The notes below the pieces were generated by a model. The model made no database searches and was not told where the DNA came from. It was given only the letters and a program-made list of their open reading frames with translations. A stretch of 64,000 nucleotides of DNA. Origin: a virus. The DNA is taken from the IMG/VR virus record IMGVR_UViG_3300024987_000055, one strand, 5' to 3'. Numbering within the stretch: the first letter of the stretch is position 1; each line of letters opens with the position of its first letter. This document shows positions 27,551 through 37,402 of this stretch, in pieces. The translations under genes and the position numbers were made by a program.

Positions 27551-27985
27551 TTACTGCAACTCCAGCGCCCGGTTCATCCATCCGCGTAGGAACTTTTGCT
27601 GGCTGGTATTCCGGTTCGCTATTCGAAGATAATACCGGGCATTTTCGATCATCAGCCGCGCATGCAATAGCCGGGCGGCCAGGGTGTCAGATGTGCCCTG
27701 CATGCTATCAATTAGCAGCTGTAGGGCCTTATTCTTTATGGCCAGTTGCTCAGCATCGGCTTTGTAGACAAAGAACATGGAATCTCGCACTTTGTTCAGA
27801 GAATCCCGGGATCTAACAATGCTATCCGCAACCATCATTGCACTGTCTTTATCGAGTTCGCGCACAGGCTCATTTACTTCTAAAGGGACCTTTATTTCAT
27901 ATATTTTTTCCTGATGGCTCCCCCGGATATTCCGGCAGGATGTCAGGCAGACCAACGCTGCCAGTAAAATGATTAATTGTTTCAT
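27551..27985 (-). CDS. Lipoprotein with coiled coil (o-spanin-like?)
   Basis: Lipobox LTSC at residue 17; end of lysis cassette. Confidence 0.6.
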   Translation of the reverse strand: MKQLIILLAALVCLTSCRNIRGSHQEKIYEIKVPLEVNEPVRELDKDSAMMVADSIVRSRDSLNKVRDSMFFVYKADAEQLAIKNKALQLLIDSMQGTSDTLAARLLHARLMIENARYYLRIANRNTSQQKFLRGWMNRALELQ

Positions 27986-28001
27986 GCTATTTGATTTTGT
28001 T

Positions 28002-28199
28002 TTAAAACTGGGTTAAGCTTGCCGGATGAACTATGTGAACCCCTTCATCGTTTTCGATGCAAACAACGTAGCCATATATGTTTACATCACCAGCTAATTG
28101 TAAAGTTTCACGATCGCGAAAAGTCATTTTACCGGTTACAATCTTGCTATTGTCATGCCAGCATTTAGCCTGAAATATTATCTCGTTTAATGTTCTCAT
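28002..28199 (-). CDS. Hypothetical protein
   Basis: 65-aa ORF in the lysis cassette. Confidence 0.6.
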   Translation of the reverse strand: MRTLNEIIFQAKCWHDNSKIVTGKMTFRDRETLQLAGDVNIYGYVVCIENDEGVHIVHPASLTQF

Positions 28200-28204
28200 A
28201 ATGT

Positions 28205-28624
28205 TTATTTGATTAAGTGTTTTGCAGGGTTATTAATAGCTTCGATTAGCGCCGCGGTGATCTTACCAGTTTTCGGCAGACCTAAAACACCCTGAATTTG
28301 TTCAATGGATTTAGGTTGGCCACTGGTCACGGCTAAATCATAAAGCTTAAAGGCGGTTTCCTGGTCATCAATTGCGTCACCGGCGATCTTGTCCCAGAAG
28401 TTCCTTTTATAAAAAAAGTTCACCTGGCTTTCCAGCTCCTGATCCTTGATCTTTGCGTTATGCTTTAATGGTTTATTCCGGTCAACGATAGCCCATCCGG
28501 CCCAGTTAGGCCAAAAGTTCCGGGCAATCCCTTTATATGTTTCTCCGCCCCGGTCGCCTTTTACATTTGCATAACCGCCTTCACTTACCGCGGTCTTTTT
28601 ATGTGCTGCTAAAAATTCTGCCAT
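28205..28624 (-). CDS. Endolysin, glycoside hydrolase family 108
   Basis: EGGY.N..GDRGGETYKGI, FYKRNFW. Confidence 0.92.
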   Translation of the reverse strand: MAEFLAAHKKTAVSEGGYANVKGDRGGETYKGIARNFWPNWAGWAIVDRNKPLKHNAKIKDQELESQVNFFYKRNFWDKIAGDAIDDQETAFKLYDLAVTSGQPKSIEQIQGVLGLPKTGKITAALIEAINNPAKHLIK

Positions 28625-28625
28625 T

Positions 28626-29420
28626 CTATTTTGATTTAATTTTATTGATAATTCTTTTCACCCATACAACTACTTTACCGATTACCGAAAAATGCCAAAG
28701 CAGACCGGCCGCAATGATAACCACCAGGACAATGATCGAAATAGTTACCCAGCTGGTGCCGGTGGAAACATTACTTTGCTTCCCAGCATCTACATCTACC
28801 GTTTGATTTTCGGATTCCTTTATCTGGCCGGAATCTGAATTAACCACCTGGGAAACTTCCTTAAGGCTTTCTGCAGTGATCACCTTTTCATCCTTAGCGG
28901 ATTTGTCACTGCTGTTTTTGGTTGCGTCTGTACTTTTGGTGATCCGGAGTTCTTCTGCCGGCACGTCAATTACTTTGTCTTTCGTCTGCAGCTCTACCCG
29001 CATCTGCCCGGCCTGATAGTAGGCCGTTGCCCGGACATCATCATTATCCAGGTCAAAATATATCAGCTTGCCATCCTTTATACCGCTGGTATCCAGCATC
29101 CAGTTCCCCGGAACGGTCGTTTTATAAGTTTTACCGGGGATTGTTACCGGGTTCGGCACTGTCTTTTTTTCAATGGATATATTTTCAGCACGTCTTTCCG
29201 CGGTCACCTTATCCATTCGGGTAATAGTTTCGGCCAAGGTATTGCGGACCATGGAAAGTGTTTGCATGCTATCGCGCATGATCACGCGCATGCTATCCGT
29301 ATCACGGGTAAGCTTAGCATTTAATTTTAGCTCTTGCTTATAGCTTTTGCGGACCTTACACCCACTTTGCGGCACTATACATAATGCCAGGAAAATGACA
29401 ATTAAAAGTTTAGTTTTCAT
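28626..29420 (-). CDS. Putative unimolecular spanin
   Basis: Lipoprotein signal MKTKLLIVIFLALCIVPQSG-C plus C-terminal TM WVTISIIVLVVIIAAGLLW; start moved from 29480. Confidence 0.65.
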   Translation of the reverse strand: MKTKLLIVIFLALCIVPQSGCKVRKSYKQELKLNAKLTRDTDSMRVIMRDSMQTLSMVRNTLAETITRMDKVTAERRAENISIEKKTVPNPVTIPGKTYKTTVPGNWMLDTSGIKDGKLIYFDLDNDDVRATAYYQAGQMRVELQTKDKVIDVPAEELRITKSTDATKNSSDKSAKDEKVITAESLKEVSQVVNSDSGQIKESENQTVDVDAGKQSNVSTGTSWVTISIIVLVVIIAAGLLWHFSVIGKVVVWVKRIINKIKSK

Positions 29421-29709
29421 AACTATCAGTATTTTGTTGCTCCGGCGTGACTTCCACGGTTTTCTTTCCCGGGGCCACACCGAATCTGTGTATTACTTCG
29501 TATAAGTTCTTTTCGTTCTGACATTTTGATAATTCCGATTGAAGTCTGTCTTTTTCAGTTTCTGCTTTATCTGCTCGCTTTGTTTCCCGTTCAAGTAAAT
29601 CATCCATGCTACTTTTCCAGAAGCCAAAAACAGCAACTGTAACGGCTGAAAGCACTCCTATAACCCAGGTTATAATGCTGCTACGGCTTAAGTTTCGTGG
29701 TGCTTCCAA
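29410..29709 (-). CDS. Single-TM protein with coiled coil (holin or i-spanin candidate)
   Basis: TM IITWVIGVLSAVTVAVFGFW, then coiled coil; first gene of the lysis cassette. Confidence 0.55.
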   Translation of the reverse strand: MEAPRNLSRSSIITWVIGVLSAVTVAVFGFWKSSMDDLLERETKRADKAETEKDRLQSELSKCQNEKNLYEVIHRFGVAPGKKTVEVTPEQQNTDSYEN

Positions 29710-29721
29710 AATTTATTAAGT

Positions 29722-31599
29722 TTAATTATTAATTGTAGGCCTTACTCCTTCTTTGCTGACATTGTTTTTGAGAGATACTTCCGAAGCCTGGCCATTATAG
29801 TTTTCTTCCACGTCTGCATTGAACATGCAACCATTAACATAGTTTCTGCCAGGGCTTGTATTGTTTCCTTCAAATTGCATAACTGAAGAAATAAATGCGC
29901 TACTAAAAAGAATCCCTTTGCTTCGTATTACACGAATAGGCGCAAACCATGATTGGAAGCCTGAAAAAACAAATCCTAAAGAGATATCCATAGTAAGTAT
30001 TCCCCATTTAGAAGCATGGTTGATTGTGCCACCAACCAGAGATCCATGCGCCTCATTTGTTCCTGTACCTAAGAAGAAATTACAGCGATTCCCGTCTATA
30101 TTGTTGCCTACAAATGTGTTGTTTCCTGAACTGTCATAAACCCCAATCTGATTATATGAAATCGTGTTGCCGGAGATTTGTGAGTATTCAGCTTCGCTTG
30201 AAAAGTGTATCGCATTAAAATTATTGAAGAAGAAATTATCTTTAATTTTTACTCCATCGGTATACCCTTTATTAAAGCTTGTAGCTTTAATACCATGTCC
30301 AGTGATCTGCAAGAATCTGCAACCGTATATGCCAATCCGTTTTACATTGTTAAGAGCTATCGCAATTTCATTTCCTATGCCCAACATATCCCGGATGTCT
30401 TCCGGGGTATTTGCAGGGCCATCAACACCATAATAAGGAGCTCCAGCGCTTGCATAAAGCGGTTGAGTGCCGACAAACACGACATCCTTTATAATTACAT
30501 CATCATCACCGTTAATGTCAAAAAGTGTTGTCACTCCTGGACCAAACTTAATTCTAGCTCCATTGCCATATATTCGGGTCCCATTTTTCGGGGTAATAGT
30601 TGTATTGAGCGTATACATTTTATCAGCATCTAAAACAATAACTCCACCGGCAACTAACTTTGCTAGCAATTCAGCATCATCTTTTGTTTTCACATAATCT
30701 AATGCAATCGTTGCCTTCCCTTTTGCAGTTTCCGAATAGTCATCGATATGCACTTCTGTGCCTAAAGGATAAACACCGTTGACCCAGGATACACCATTAT
30801 TCAATGTGTACCGGGTAGGATAAGTAAACCCGGGATATAATGTAAGGTCCTGGGCAAGCCGGGAATCTGTAGATTTAATACCGATATAAACATCTTGATC
30901 AAAAGAAGCGGACCAGGGCACAGTATTTACGCCCTCCAGTAAGCCGGAAGCGTTATGTGTTGTGATCACATTTTCATTCATGTCCAGGGCGACAATTTGG
31001 ATAGTACCCCCGTTTTGATAGTTTGTTTCGATGTAAATACTAACGGCTTTTATCTTATCCCCTTTTACAACCTTATTCAAGGGGTCGTAATAGATTGAAT
31101 TCACCGCAACTGCACCCCCGGCAAAAACAAAATCATGATCAGCAATAAAATCAGGAACTGGCAACACCTTGCTTTGAGGCAAGTCTCCCATTACCTTTAT
31201 TGCCCATTTGTCAGACTCCCCTGGAATATCGGAAGCTGTTGCCCCGGCAGGATCTGTTACCTCATAGATTGTCCCTTCATGAAAAACCTGGGCATCTTGC
31301 AAGTAAGAAGTTGATTGCCAGTCGTTGTAGGTTGCTGTACCGTTAGCCCCTGGGATCCCTTGATCTCCAGTATCACCTTTTTCACCAGTGTCTCCTTTTT
31401 CTCCATCCTTACTTACAATGTCCCAGCTGGTAGCGTCGTTTAGGGATGCGGTATTGTTCGTTTTTTTTGAACGAAATGTTCCGGATATAGTTCCATTATC
31501 TCCGTGTACCTCGTTATACTTTTCATAAGTACTACCTGGTACAAACTCTCCTTTATGAACAACTGCCCCGGGTCCTAAGTTTACTGTTACTTCTGCCAT
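29722..31599 (-). CDS. Tailspike/fibre with collagen-like repeat and pectin-lyase-like beta-helix
   Basis: GEKGDTGEKGDTGDQGIPGANG; Asn/Gly/Ile-rich parallel beta-helix repeats (IKDNFFFNNFNAIHF, ISGNTISYNQIG). Confidence 0.75.
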   Translation of the reverse strand: MAEVTVNLGPGAVVHKGEFVPGSTYEKYNEVHGDNGTISGTFRSKKTNNTASLNDATSWDIVSKDGEKGDTGEKGDTGDQGIPGANGTATYNDWQSTSYLQDAQVFHEGTIYEVTDPAGATASDIPGESDKWAIKVMGDLPQSKVLPVPDFIADHDFVFAGGAVAVNSIYYDPLNKVVKGDKIKAVSIYIETNYQNGGTIQIVALDMNENVITTHNASGLLEGVNTVPWSASFDQDVYIGIKSTDSRLAQDLTLYPGFTYPTRYTLNNGVSWVNGVYPLGTEVHIDDYSETAKGKATIALDYVKTKDDAELLAKLVAGGVIVLDADKMYTLNTTITPKNGTRIYGNGARIKFGPGVTTLFDINGDDDVIIKDVVFVGTQPLYASAGAPYYGVDGPANTPEDIRDMLGIGNEIAIALNNVKRIGIYGCRFLQITGHGIKATSFNKGYTDGVKIKDNFFFNNFNAIHFSSEAEYSQISGNTISYNQIGVYDSSGNNTFVGNNIDGNRCNFFLGTGTNEAHGSLVGGTINHASKWGILTMDISLGFVFSGFQSWFAPIRVIRSKGILFSSAFISSVMQFEGNNTSPGRNYVNGCMFNADVEENYNGQASEVSLKNNVSKEGVRPTINN

Positions 31600-31609
31600 T
31601 CTATTTTAA

Positions 31610-32197
31610 TTAATTTTCAATCCATTGATACTGGTATCCCTGGTCGGTTTCGGCCAGCAATACCCCTGTTAAGTGTTGTTGAATTTGCGGAGCATTTAAT
31701 GCCTCTGTTTCTTCTATAAGAGTCACATCATATGTTATTACTGCACTGCTGATATTAGCAGCATCCTGCCCAGGGAAAATGTCCGAAAACTGCATACTGC
31801 TAACGATACTGTTATTATTGAAAGGAGGACTAAAGCCTAATGTTTTATATTGACTGTCTTCCAGTATCGCATGAATAATACCGGCAATTTTCTGGCAGAT
31901 CATCAGGCTCTTTGATTCATCTTTATCTCGAACGCTCAGATCAATAATAAACCGGTCTTCCCCTGTAGAGCAGCCCTGATATTTGTCCGAAAAATTAAGC
32001 GTGGCAATCCGGACATTGATAGCCGGCATTTCAGATTGATCGAATACACTGATCCTATTTACCCAGACATTTACACGGATCGTTTCATCATCTTGAATAG
32101 TTGCTTGGTTATCCAGTTCAACAAACAAGATTGCCCCGATTGCATCCCTGGCATACTCAAAATTTCTTTTCCCTATTGCGTTCTGTATTTTAGGCAT
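31610..32197 (-). CDS. Tail terminator / neck protein
   Basis: Size, position after the head-tail joining gene, MPAINV.. motif. Confidence 0.6.
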   Translation of the reverse strand: MPKIQNAIGKRNFEYARDAIGAILFVELDNQATIQDDETIRVNVWVNRISVFDQSEMPAINVRIATLNFSDKYQGCSTGEDRFIIDLSVRDKDESKSLMICQKIAGIIHAILEDSQYKTLGFSPPFNNNSIVSSMQFSDIFPGQDAANISSAVITYDVTLIEETEALNAPQIQQHLTGVLLAETDQGYQYQWIEN

Positions 32198-32564
32198 CGC
32201 TTAAAATGAATACGATCAATCCCAGGTGTTCATCAGGAAGGACCTCTTTTGTTTTGTAAGTGTTTAACTGTCCGGTTGCATCGGTAAACTGGATCCTTAA
32301 TTTATTGGCCTCTGCTTTCTGTACCTCACCATTTACCCGGAGATTAATACCGGCCTGAATCAGATCTAGTTCTGAAACGGTGCAGGTAACGGCCCGGCTA
32401 TTAACCAGGTTTCCTTCATCATCATATTGGGCTGTGTGCCGCTTACTGGTTCCTTTCAGATTATAGGCAAGGCTATCTTTAGTTATAACTATCGGAATAG
32501 CAAAGCCATTGCCATTACTGACAATGTGCCTTGCGTCTTGCCGTGCTCTATCCATCAGGCTCAT
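32190..32564 (-). CDS. Head-tail joining protein (gpFII-like)
   Basis: Beta-rich, 124 aa, downstream of capsid genes. Confidence 0.6.
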   Translation of the reverse strand: MSLMDRARQDARHIVSNGNGFAIPIVITKDSLAYNLKGTSKRHTAQYDDEGNLVNSRAVTCTVSELDLIQAGINLRVNGEVQKAEANKLRIQFTDATGQLNTYKTKEVLPDEHLGLIVFILSDA

Positions 32565-32890
32565 TACTTCTTAGGAGTTGTTTTGCCGGATTTTGCTTTT
32601 TCAGCCAATTCTTTACCTAAATCAGCAGGTGGTGCAGGTGTTTCAGGTTTCTGGTCTTCGCCTGGAGGTGGGTCACCAGCTGGAGCCTCTTTCTGTCCGC
32701 CGGTTTCATCGGGACCTGTACCAACACCCATTGGTTTTTCTCCTGGTTCATACGGCTTCAGGAAGCCTTCTTTTACCAGCTGATCTGCGTGTCCGTCCTC
32801 AAATGCTGAACTGTCAACAATATCATCTGAATAGTGAATTTTGTTCCCTAAGCCGCCTACTGATAAAGCAATTACTACATACTTTGCCAT
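32564..32890 (-). CDS. Small capsid-associated protein (gpFI-like position)
   Basis: Start MAKYVV at 32890; Pro/Glu/Gly-rich tail. Confidence 0.55.
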   Translation of the reverse strand: MAKYVVIALSVGGLGNKIHYSDDIVDSSAFEDGHADQLVKEGFLKPYEPGEKPMGVGTGPDETGGQKEAPAGDPPPGEDQKPETPAPPADLGKELAEKAKSGKTTPKK

Positions 32891-32916
32891 TTGTTTTAAA
32901 ATTGAAATTTTGTTAT

Positions 32917-32947
32917 AAAAAAAGGCTGCCACCATTAAGCAGCAGCC
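32917..32947 (-). terminator. Terminator after major capsid gene
   Basis: GGCTGC..GCAGCC stem followed by a T7 run on the minus strand. Confidence 0.6.
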
Positions 32948-32971
32948 GTAAATCAACATGAGTACAAAAAC

Positions 32972-34039
32972 CTATACTAAAACTTTCATGGTGAAAATCT
33001 GATCAACAGCAACCGGCACCGCTACACCTGCCGACATTACATCAAATTCGTGTGTCGCCTTTCTGCGATCGATGTAATCACCGAAAACAAACGCACCTTT
33101 TTTAACTGTTGGAGTTTCTTTACCGTCAATGACTTGTGGAACAGCTCCAAAAGCCATTTTGAAATTGGTAACTTCCGGCACAATGATAACATTGGTATCA
33201 TCAATGTAAGGCCGCTTAACTCCGTTCTTTTCTTCATAAATCTCCGGATAAGACCAAAGATTGATTTTATTGGAACCGGCTGAAATTTGTCCGTGCAAAG
33301 ATGCTCCTGTAGAGTTTCTTTGAGGTTCGTGCATATCAGTAAGGAAAACATTTCTGTTATCTCCTTTCTTCAGGTATTTTTCATTGTTTTGAAGTGCTGT
33401 AAGCGCCTTTCTGCCCAGGATCGCAGTAAATACACCTGCCTGTGATTTTCCCTCTTCACGGATGAAAGTACATCCTGTTTCGAAGTGTGCAAACGGATCA
33501 TTCGCATCATTATCCCACGGTGCAGTACCGCTGAAATTCACTTTAGATCCTGACTTTCTTTTATAGTCGATATTGTCGCCATTCTTCAAAGTCACGATAC
33601 CGGTCTGAAAGACTTCAGCACATTGGTATTCATAACGCCTTTCAATCATAGCTACCAATAATCTCACCTCAGATGCGATCTGATCAACGAGCTGGGCAAA
33701 CAATTGGGATGAAACAACACCACCCTCATTTGCGCTACCAATAGTAACATTATACAACTCTAATTCTGTAGCTGCAATATACTCGCGGTAATAAGGCGGA
33801 ATAAAAGATTTTTGCGTTGATCTGCTTACGGCATTATAATTACCCTGGTGCCCCCGGATAACATCAACAGCCATCAATTCCGTGCCACGTTGCACTTCAA
33901 ATTGAATAGCAAGGCCCAAAGATTCAACAGTTGGGAAAAAGGAACGGAGAAAACTATTTACAGCAATCCTTTCCTGATAAATGGCAACTACTGTCTGAGT
34001 AAAAATTGCCCTGGCTTGTTCAACTGGTAATGTTGCCAT
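32972..34039 (-). CDS. Major capsid protein (lambda gpE family)
   Basis: FLRSFFP, PPYYRE, IERRYEYQCAEVFQTG; follows the decoration protein gene. Confidence 0.88.
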   Translation of the reverse strand: MATLPVEQARAIFTQTVVAIYQERIAVNSFLRSFFPTVESLGLAIQFEVQRGTELMAVDVIRGHQGNYNAVSRSTQKSFIPPYYREYIAATELELYNVTIGSANEGGVVSSQLFAQLVDQIASEVRLLVAMIERRYEYQCAEVFQTGIVTLKNGDNIDYKRKSGSKVNFSGTAPWDNDANDPFAHFETGCTFIREEGKSQAGVFTAILGRKALTALQNNEKYLKKGDNRNVFLTDMHEPQRNSTGASLHGQISAGSNKINLWSYPEIYEEKNGVKRPYIDDTNVIIVPEVTNFKMAFGAVPQVIDGKETPTVKKGAFVFGDYIDRRKATHEFDVMSAGVAVPVAVDQIFTMKVLV

Positions 34040-34053
34040 TTCTGTATTAAATT

Positions 34054-34461
34054 TTATTGATTATCGAATTTTGTTAATTCTGTACCTTGAATTAGTACAA
34101 TTTGAGAGTTGCGCTGTAGGATATCGCGATAACGACCTTTATCGGGAACAACTGTATCCAATGTTTCTGCACCGGTAAGTTTTACCATTGCTTCATCAAC
34201 CCTGCCGGCAACGCAATAGGTTACCGTAATGGTTTCACCAGGGGCAACGGTACGATCGTCACCAAGCACACCAAAAGCATCCACACTCCCATCAGTCGCG
34301 GTAGATACGGAAGCAATAATTTTACCGGATACAGCAACCCGGCCAATTAGCAGACCTCTTTCAAGTGTTACTGGTGAACCTCCGCTATTTGTGAATTCTC
34401 CGGATTGGTATAAATTATCCCCGATGAATATCTTTCTGGTATCGTAGTTTTTGGTCAACAT
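34054..34461 (-). CDS. Head decoration protein (gpD-like)
   Basis: LERGLLIGRVAVSGK....ATDGS..AFGVL. Confidence 0.85.
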   Translation of the reverse strand: MLTKNYDTRKIFIGDNLYQSGEFTNSGGSPVTLERGLLIGRVAVSGKIIASVSTATDGSVDAFGVLGDDRTVAPGETITVTYCVAGRVDEAMVKLTGAETLDTVVPDKGRYRDILQRNSQIVLIQGTELTKFDNQ

Positions 34462-34469
34462 ATCGAATA

Positions 34470-35486
34470 TTATTTGCGGGTAATACCCAGGTCAGAGAAT
34501 ACAGCAGACTGGAAATCTTTAACTTTTTCCTGTGTTGCTGTTTTTGCTTTTTCGGCTTCCGGAGTTTCAACCCCTTGCGGATTCTCAGCTGTGATTGCAC
34601 TCAGATGTCCGGATTGAATTCCTTTTAATGTGAATTCAGACATTTGCTTCTGTGTGATTTTTTCACCGGATTCAATGCCCTCAATACAGGCTTTAAGGTC
34701 CAGGTGTGCAAAAGTCAAAAAGGAGCCAACGCGATCACGCTCTTCCTTTGCGCCTTCTTTCAGTATTGCTTCATACCCCTCAGGATTAGCGGCTTTAAAT
34801 TCTGGTAAAGTCATTTTATTTGTTTTTTTATTTGAATCGTTATTTGTTGGCACCGCTGCAGGTGAGTTTGTTGTTGCAGTTGCGGTTGCGGGCTCTGGTA
34901 ATCTTATGGCTGCGATCTTTGCAGATAAGGAATTTATTTCCGCTCTTTTTTCAGGAGTGATTGTTTTTATACTACCAATTATACCCAGGCGTTTTGCCTG
35001 TTCTGCACTGATCTCAACATCAATACGGCTATCAATAGAAAAAAGATCATCAAGGCTTACACCGGTTTCCTTGAACCACTGATCAGCGGTAAACTTCCCT
35101 TCCATAGCAGCACGTAAATGGTCATTAACTTTTTTAAGGCTGGCCTGCAATTCAGGAGTAAAGGCTTTTTTATCATCTTCAATCCACCATCCATAAGCAG
35201 CACGATGAAAAAGGAATGTTGAAACGTCTAAGGCTTCAATATTTTGTGTCGGAACAAACAAACATAGGATAGCTCCCATGCTGGCGGCCTGACCATCTAC
35301 TTTTAGAAAAATATCCTTTTCGTGCTCGGAGATCTGGGCGATCATGCCGTACCCGTCCAACACACTACCGCCGGGAGTATTTACACGAATTTCAATATTG
35401 CTATTTTTGTTATCAGCCAGGTCCTTAATAAAGGATGCGGCTGTATAGGCATATATTGCAGAGTATAAAAGGATTTGCTTTCTCAT
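34470..35486 (-). CDS. ClpP-like prohead protease with C-terminal scaffold region
   Basis: VNTPGGSVLDG, DGQAASMG (Ser), FLFHRA (His). Confidence 0.9.
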   Translation of the reverse strand: MRKQILLYSAIYAYTAASFIKDLADNKNSNIEIRVNTPGGSVLDGYGMIAQISEHEKDIFLKVDGQAASMGAILCLFVPTQNIEALDVSTFLFHRAAYGWWIEDDKKAFTPELQASLKKVNDHLRAAMEGKFTADQWFKETGVSLDDLFSIDSRIDVEISAEQAKRLGIIGSIKTITPEKRAEINSLSAKIAAIRLPEPATATATTNSPAAVPTNNDSNKKTNKMTLPEFKAANPEGYEAILKEGAKEERDRVGSFLTFAHLDLKACIEGIESGEKITQKQMSEFTLKGIQSGHLSAITAENPQGVETPEAEKAKTATQEKVKDFQSAVFSDLGITRK

Positions 35487-35579
35487 TTCTACTAAAATAG
35501 AAGCGGCGCAAAGGGTAAAAAAAAATAGTCCCGTTTTTGGGACTATTATGGGACTATTTTGGGATTTTTTATTTTACAA
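35485..35579. repeat. 95-bp perfect direct repeat, copy 1 (late-promoter candidate)
   Basis: Identical to 48768-48862; contains GGGACTATT iterons. Confidence 0.95.
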
Positions 35580-35601
35580 ATGCTATCTTAGTAGGAACCA
35601 C
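35575..35601 (+). repeat. 27-bp element, inverted copy of 51583-51609
   Basis: TACAAATGCTATCTTAGTAGGAACCAC; contains TATCTTAG, close to TAnnTTTG. Confidence 0.9.
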
Positions 35602-35616
35602 TTTGAAATTATAACC

Positions 35617-35805
35617 ATGAGCGGAAAAGAAAAAACACCTGAAATACGCATCAGAACACTAAGAGGAAAAGCATATACACAGCTTTGCAACATGGCCGAA
35701 TACAACGGACTGGATCTTGCTGACTATGTTAAGCTTTTACTGGTACAAACAATTAATAATACTCCAGAGCACATCAAAGAATACAAAAAAGAGGAAGACA
35801 ATTAA
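35617..35805 (+). CDS. Ribbon-helix-helix-like regulator, antisense to the late operons
   Basis: PEIRIRT (strand), KAYTQLCNMAEYNG, LADYVKLLL (helices); start moved from 35548. Confidence 0.65.
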   Translation: MSGKEKTPEIRIRTLRGKAYTQLCNMAEYNGLDLADYVKLLLVQTINNTPEHIKEYKKEEDN

Positions 35806-37400
35806 GCTTCCTCTTTTACTGTAGTTTCTGACTTTTGCGCTGCTTCATTTAAACCAAGCTGTTTTGCTTTTTTCAATTCTTCGGCATAATACATTAATAC
35901 CGAATCTACATCGCCACCGCCCAGTGCTTCAATCGCTTCTTCCAATGTAGTTAATGGCAGATCCTTTCCTAAAGCTCCCAGCTTTTCCCTGGCTGCGCGA
36001 ACTTCTTTGTATGGATCTATATGTGGAACATTTGCACCAACAAACCGGGAAAATCGGTAAGCAGATAAAGCCATTTGATTTTTATCCATTATAGATTTTA
36101 AGTATTGCGGTGCCACAATCTTATTGGTCAATACTTCAATATCCAGCCAGTATGCAAATACCGGTTTTATTGCCTGTAAGGAAAGGTCATCCCGGCGGAC
36201 AATAAGTGTATGCTCCCAGTCTTTCATTGCTGCCCTGGAGCTGGAAAAGTTACTGGTGTATAACATCATAGCCACTTCAGGCGGAATGCCAACTGTAGCA
36301 AATACATATTTTGCATTTCCGTCATAAAATGGCGTAAAGTTCACTTCCTTTTTACTTTCAACTGCTTCTAAGCTCGCACCCTGCGGCATATTGATGGCAC
36401 GCTTATTTGTAGTTGCTGCTACTGTGTCAGCCAACTGCTTACCGTTTATATCAATAGGATTTTCCCCGTTGGCATTATTGGTGGGTTTAATGATCTTAGC
36501 AAGCTGTTGCCCCAGCGGATTTTCACCGGTAGAAAAAGCCTGGTGTTCAATGGTAAACACCATCTTTGCCGCTTCTTCTGCTGATCCCAGCGTGGCTTCC
36601 TTGTAACGCTCCATTTTACTGGCCGTTTCCATTACTGCTGAGATCAAGGGCAATCCGCGGACCTCACCGATCCGGTATTTCAAACCATATACCATGAATG
36701 CCGTACGGTTGCCAAATTTATTGCGGGCCTTGATACGCTCCCAGGTAAAAGGTGACGTTTTCACATGGTAGGCCACGTGCTGCCCTTTAGCATCAATTTC
36801 TACACCATGACGGATCCGATTTCCTTCAGCACTGATATAATCCGTGCCGCTATAACTACAACCCCAGGGAGTGCAGATATTAGCGCCATCGACGATCTGA
36901 GTTTTCAGAGTATTATTAATTACTCTTTGGATCACAAGACAATCGCCGCCGATAATGGCATTCAGAAAAATTTCCTCCAGCTGCTTTTGAAAAGTGGTCA
37001 TATCAGCATAGTCAGACATAAAGTCATTAGACCATACTTTAAACCTCATTTCTGACTGGTTCGTGAATGCTTTAACTTCTTTTTCTGAAAGGTGTATCCC
37101 CTCTGTTTCCAATACATCTAAATTGGGTTCAAGTTTCAGTTTTAAACCCTCACCCACTACCCAGGTAGCGAACCGCCTGAAGACCAACTGGCAGATCTCC
37201 GAATCCAGGAACATTTGCCAGGACCTTGCCCGGAGCATATTGTAATCAACTGTATAGTTCTTAACTGGCCCCATTTCACCCAGATTCTTTTCCCCGTCAA
37301 AAGAAATTGAATAGCTGGACATATAGGCCCGTGGTTCTTCCGTTGCAATACCTGTTGGTTGTTCTTTATTTAATCCTAATAATTTATCCCAAAATCCCAT
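35802..37400 (-). CDS. Portal protein (lambda family)
   Basis: VVGEGLKL, IRHGVEID..G..VAYH, RIGEVRGLPL, FSSSRAA, IDPYKEV. Confidence 0.93.
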   Translation of the reverse strand: MGFWDKLLGLNKEQPTGIATEEPRAYMSSYSISFDGEKNLGEMGPVKNYTVDYNMLRARSWQMFLDSEICQLVFRRFATWVVGEGLKLKLEPNLDVLETEGIHLSEKEVKAFTNQSEMRFKVWSNDFMSDYADMTTFQKQLEEIFLNAIIGGDCLVIQRVINNTLKTQIVDGANICTPWGCSYSGTDYISAEGNRIRHGVEIDAKGQHVAYHVKTSPFTWERIKARNKFGNRTAFMVYGLKYRIGEVRGLPLISAVMETASKMERYKEATLGSAEEAAKMVFTIEHQAFSTGENPLGQQLAKIIKPTNNANGENPIDINGKQLADTVAATTNKRAINMPQGASLEAVESKKEVNFTPFYDGNAKYVFATVGIPPEVAMMLYTSNFSSSRAAMKDWEHTLIVRRDDLSLQAIKPVFAYWLDIEVLTNKIVAPQYLKSIMDKNQMALSAYRFSRFVGANVPHIDPYKEVRAAREKLGALGKDLPLTTLEEAIEALGGGDVDSVLMYYAEELKKAKQLGLNEAAQKSETTVKEEA

Positions 37401-37402
37401 AA

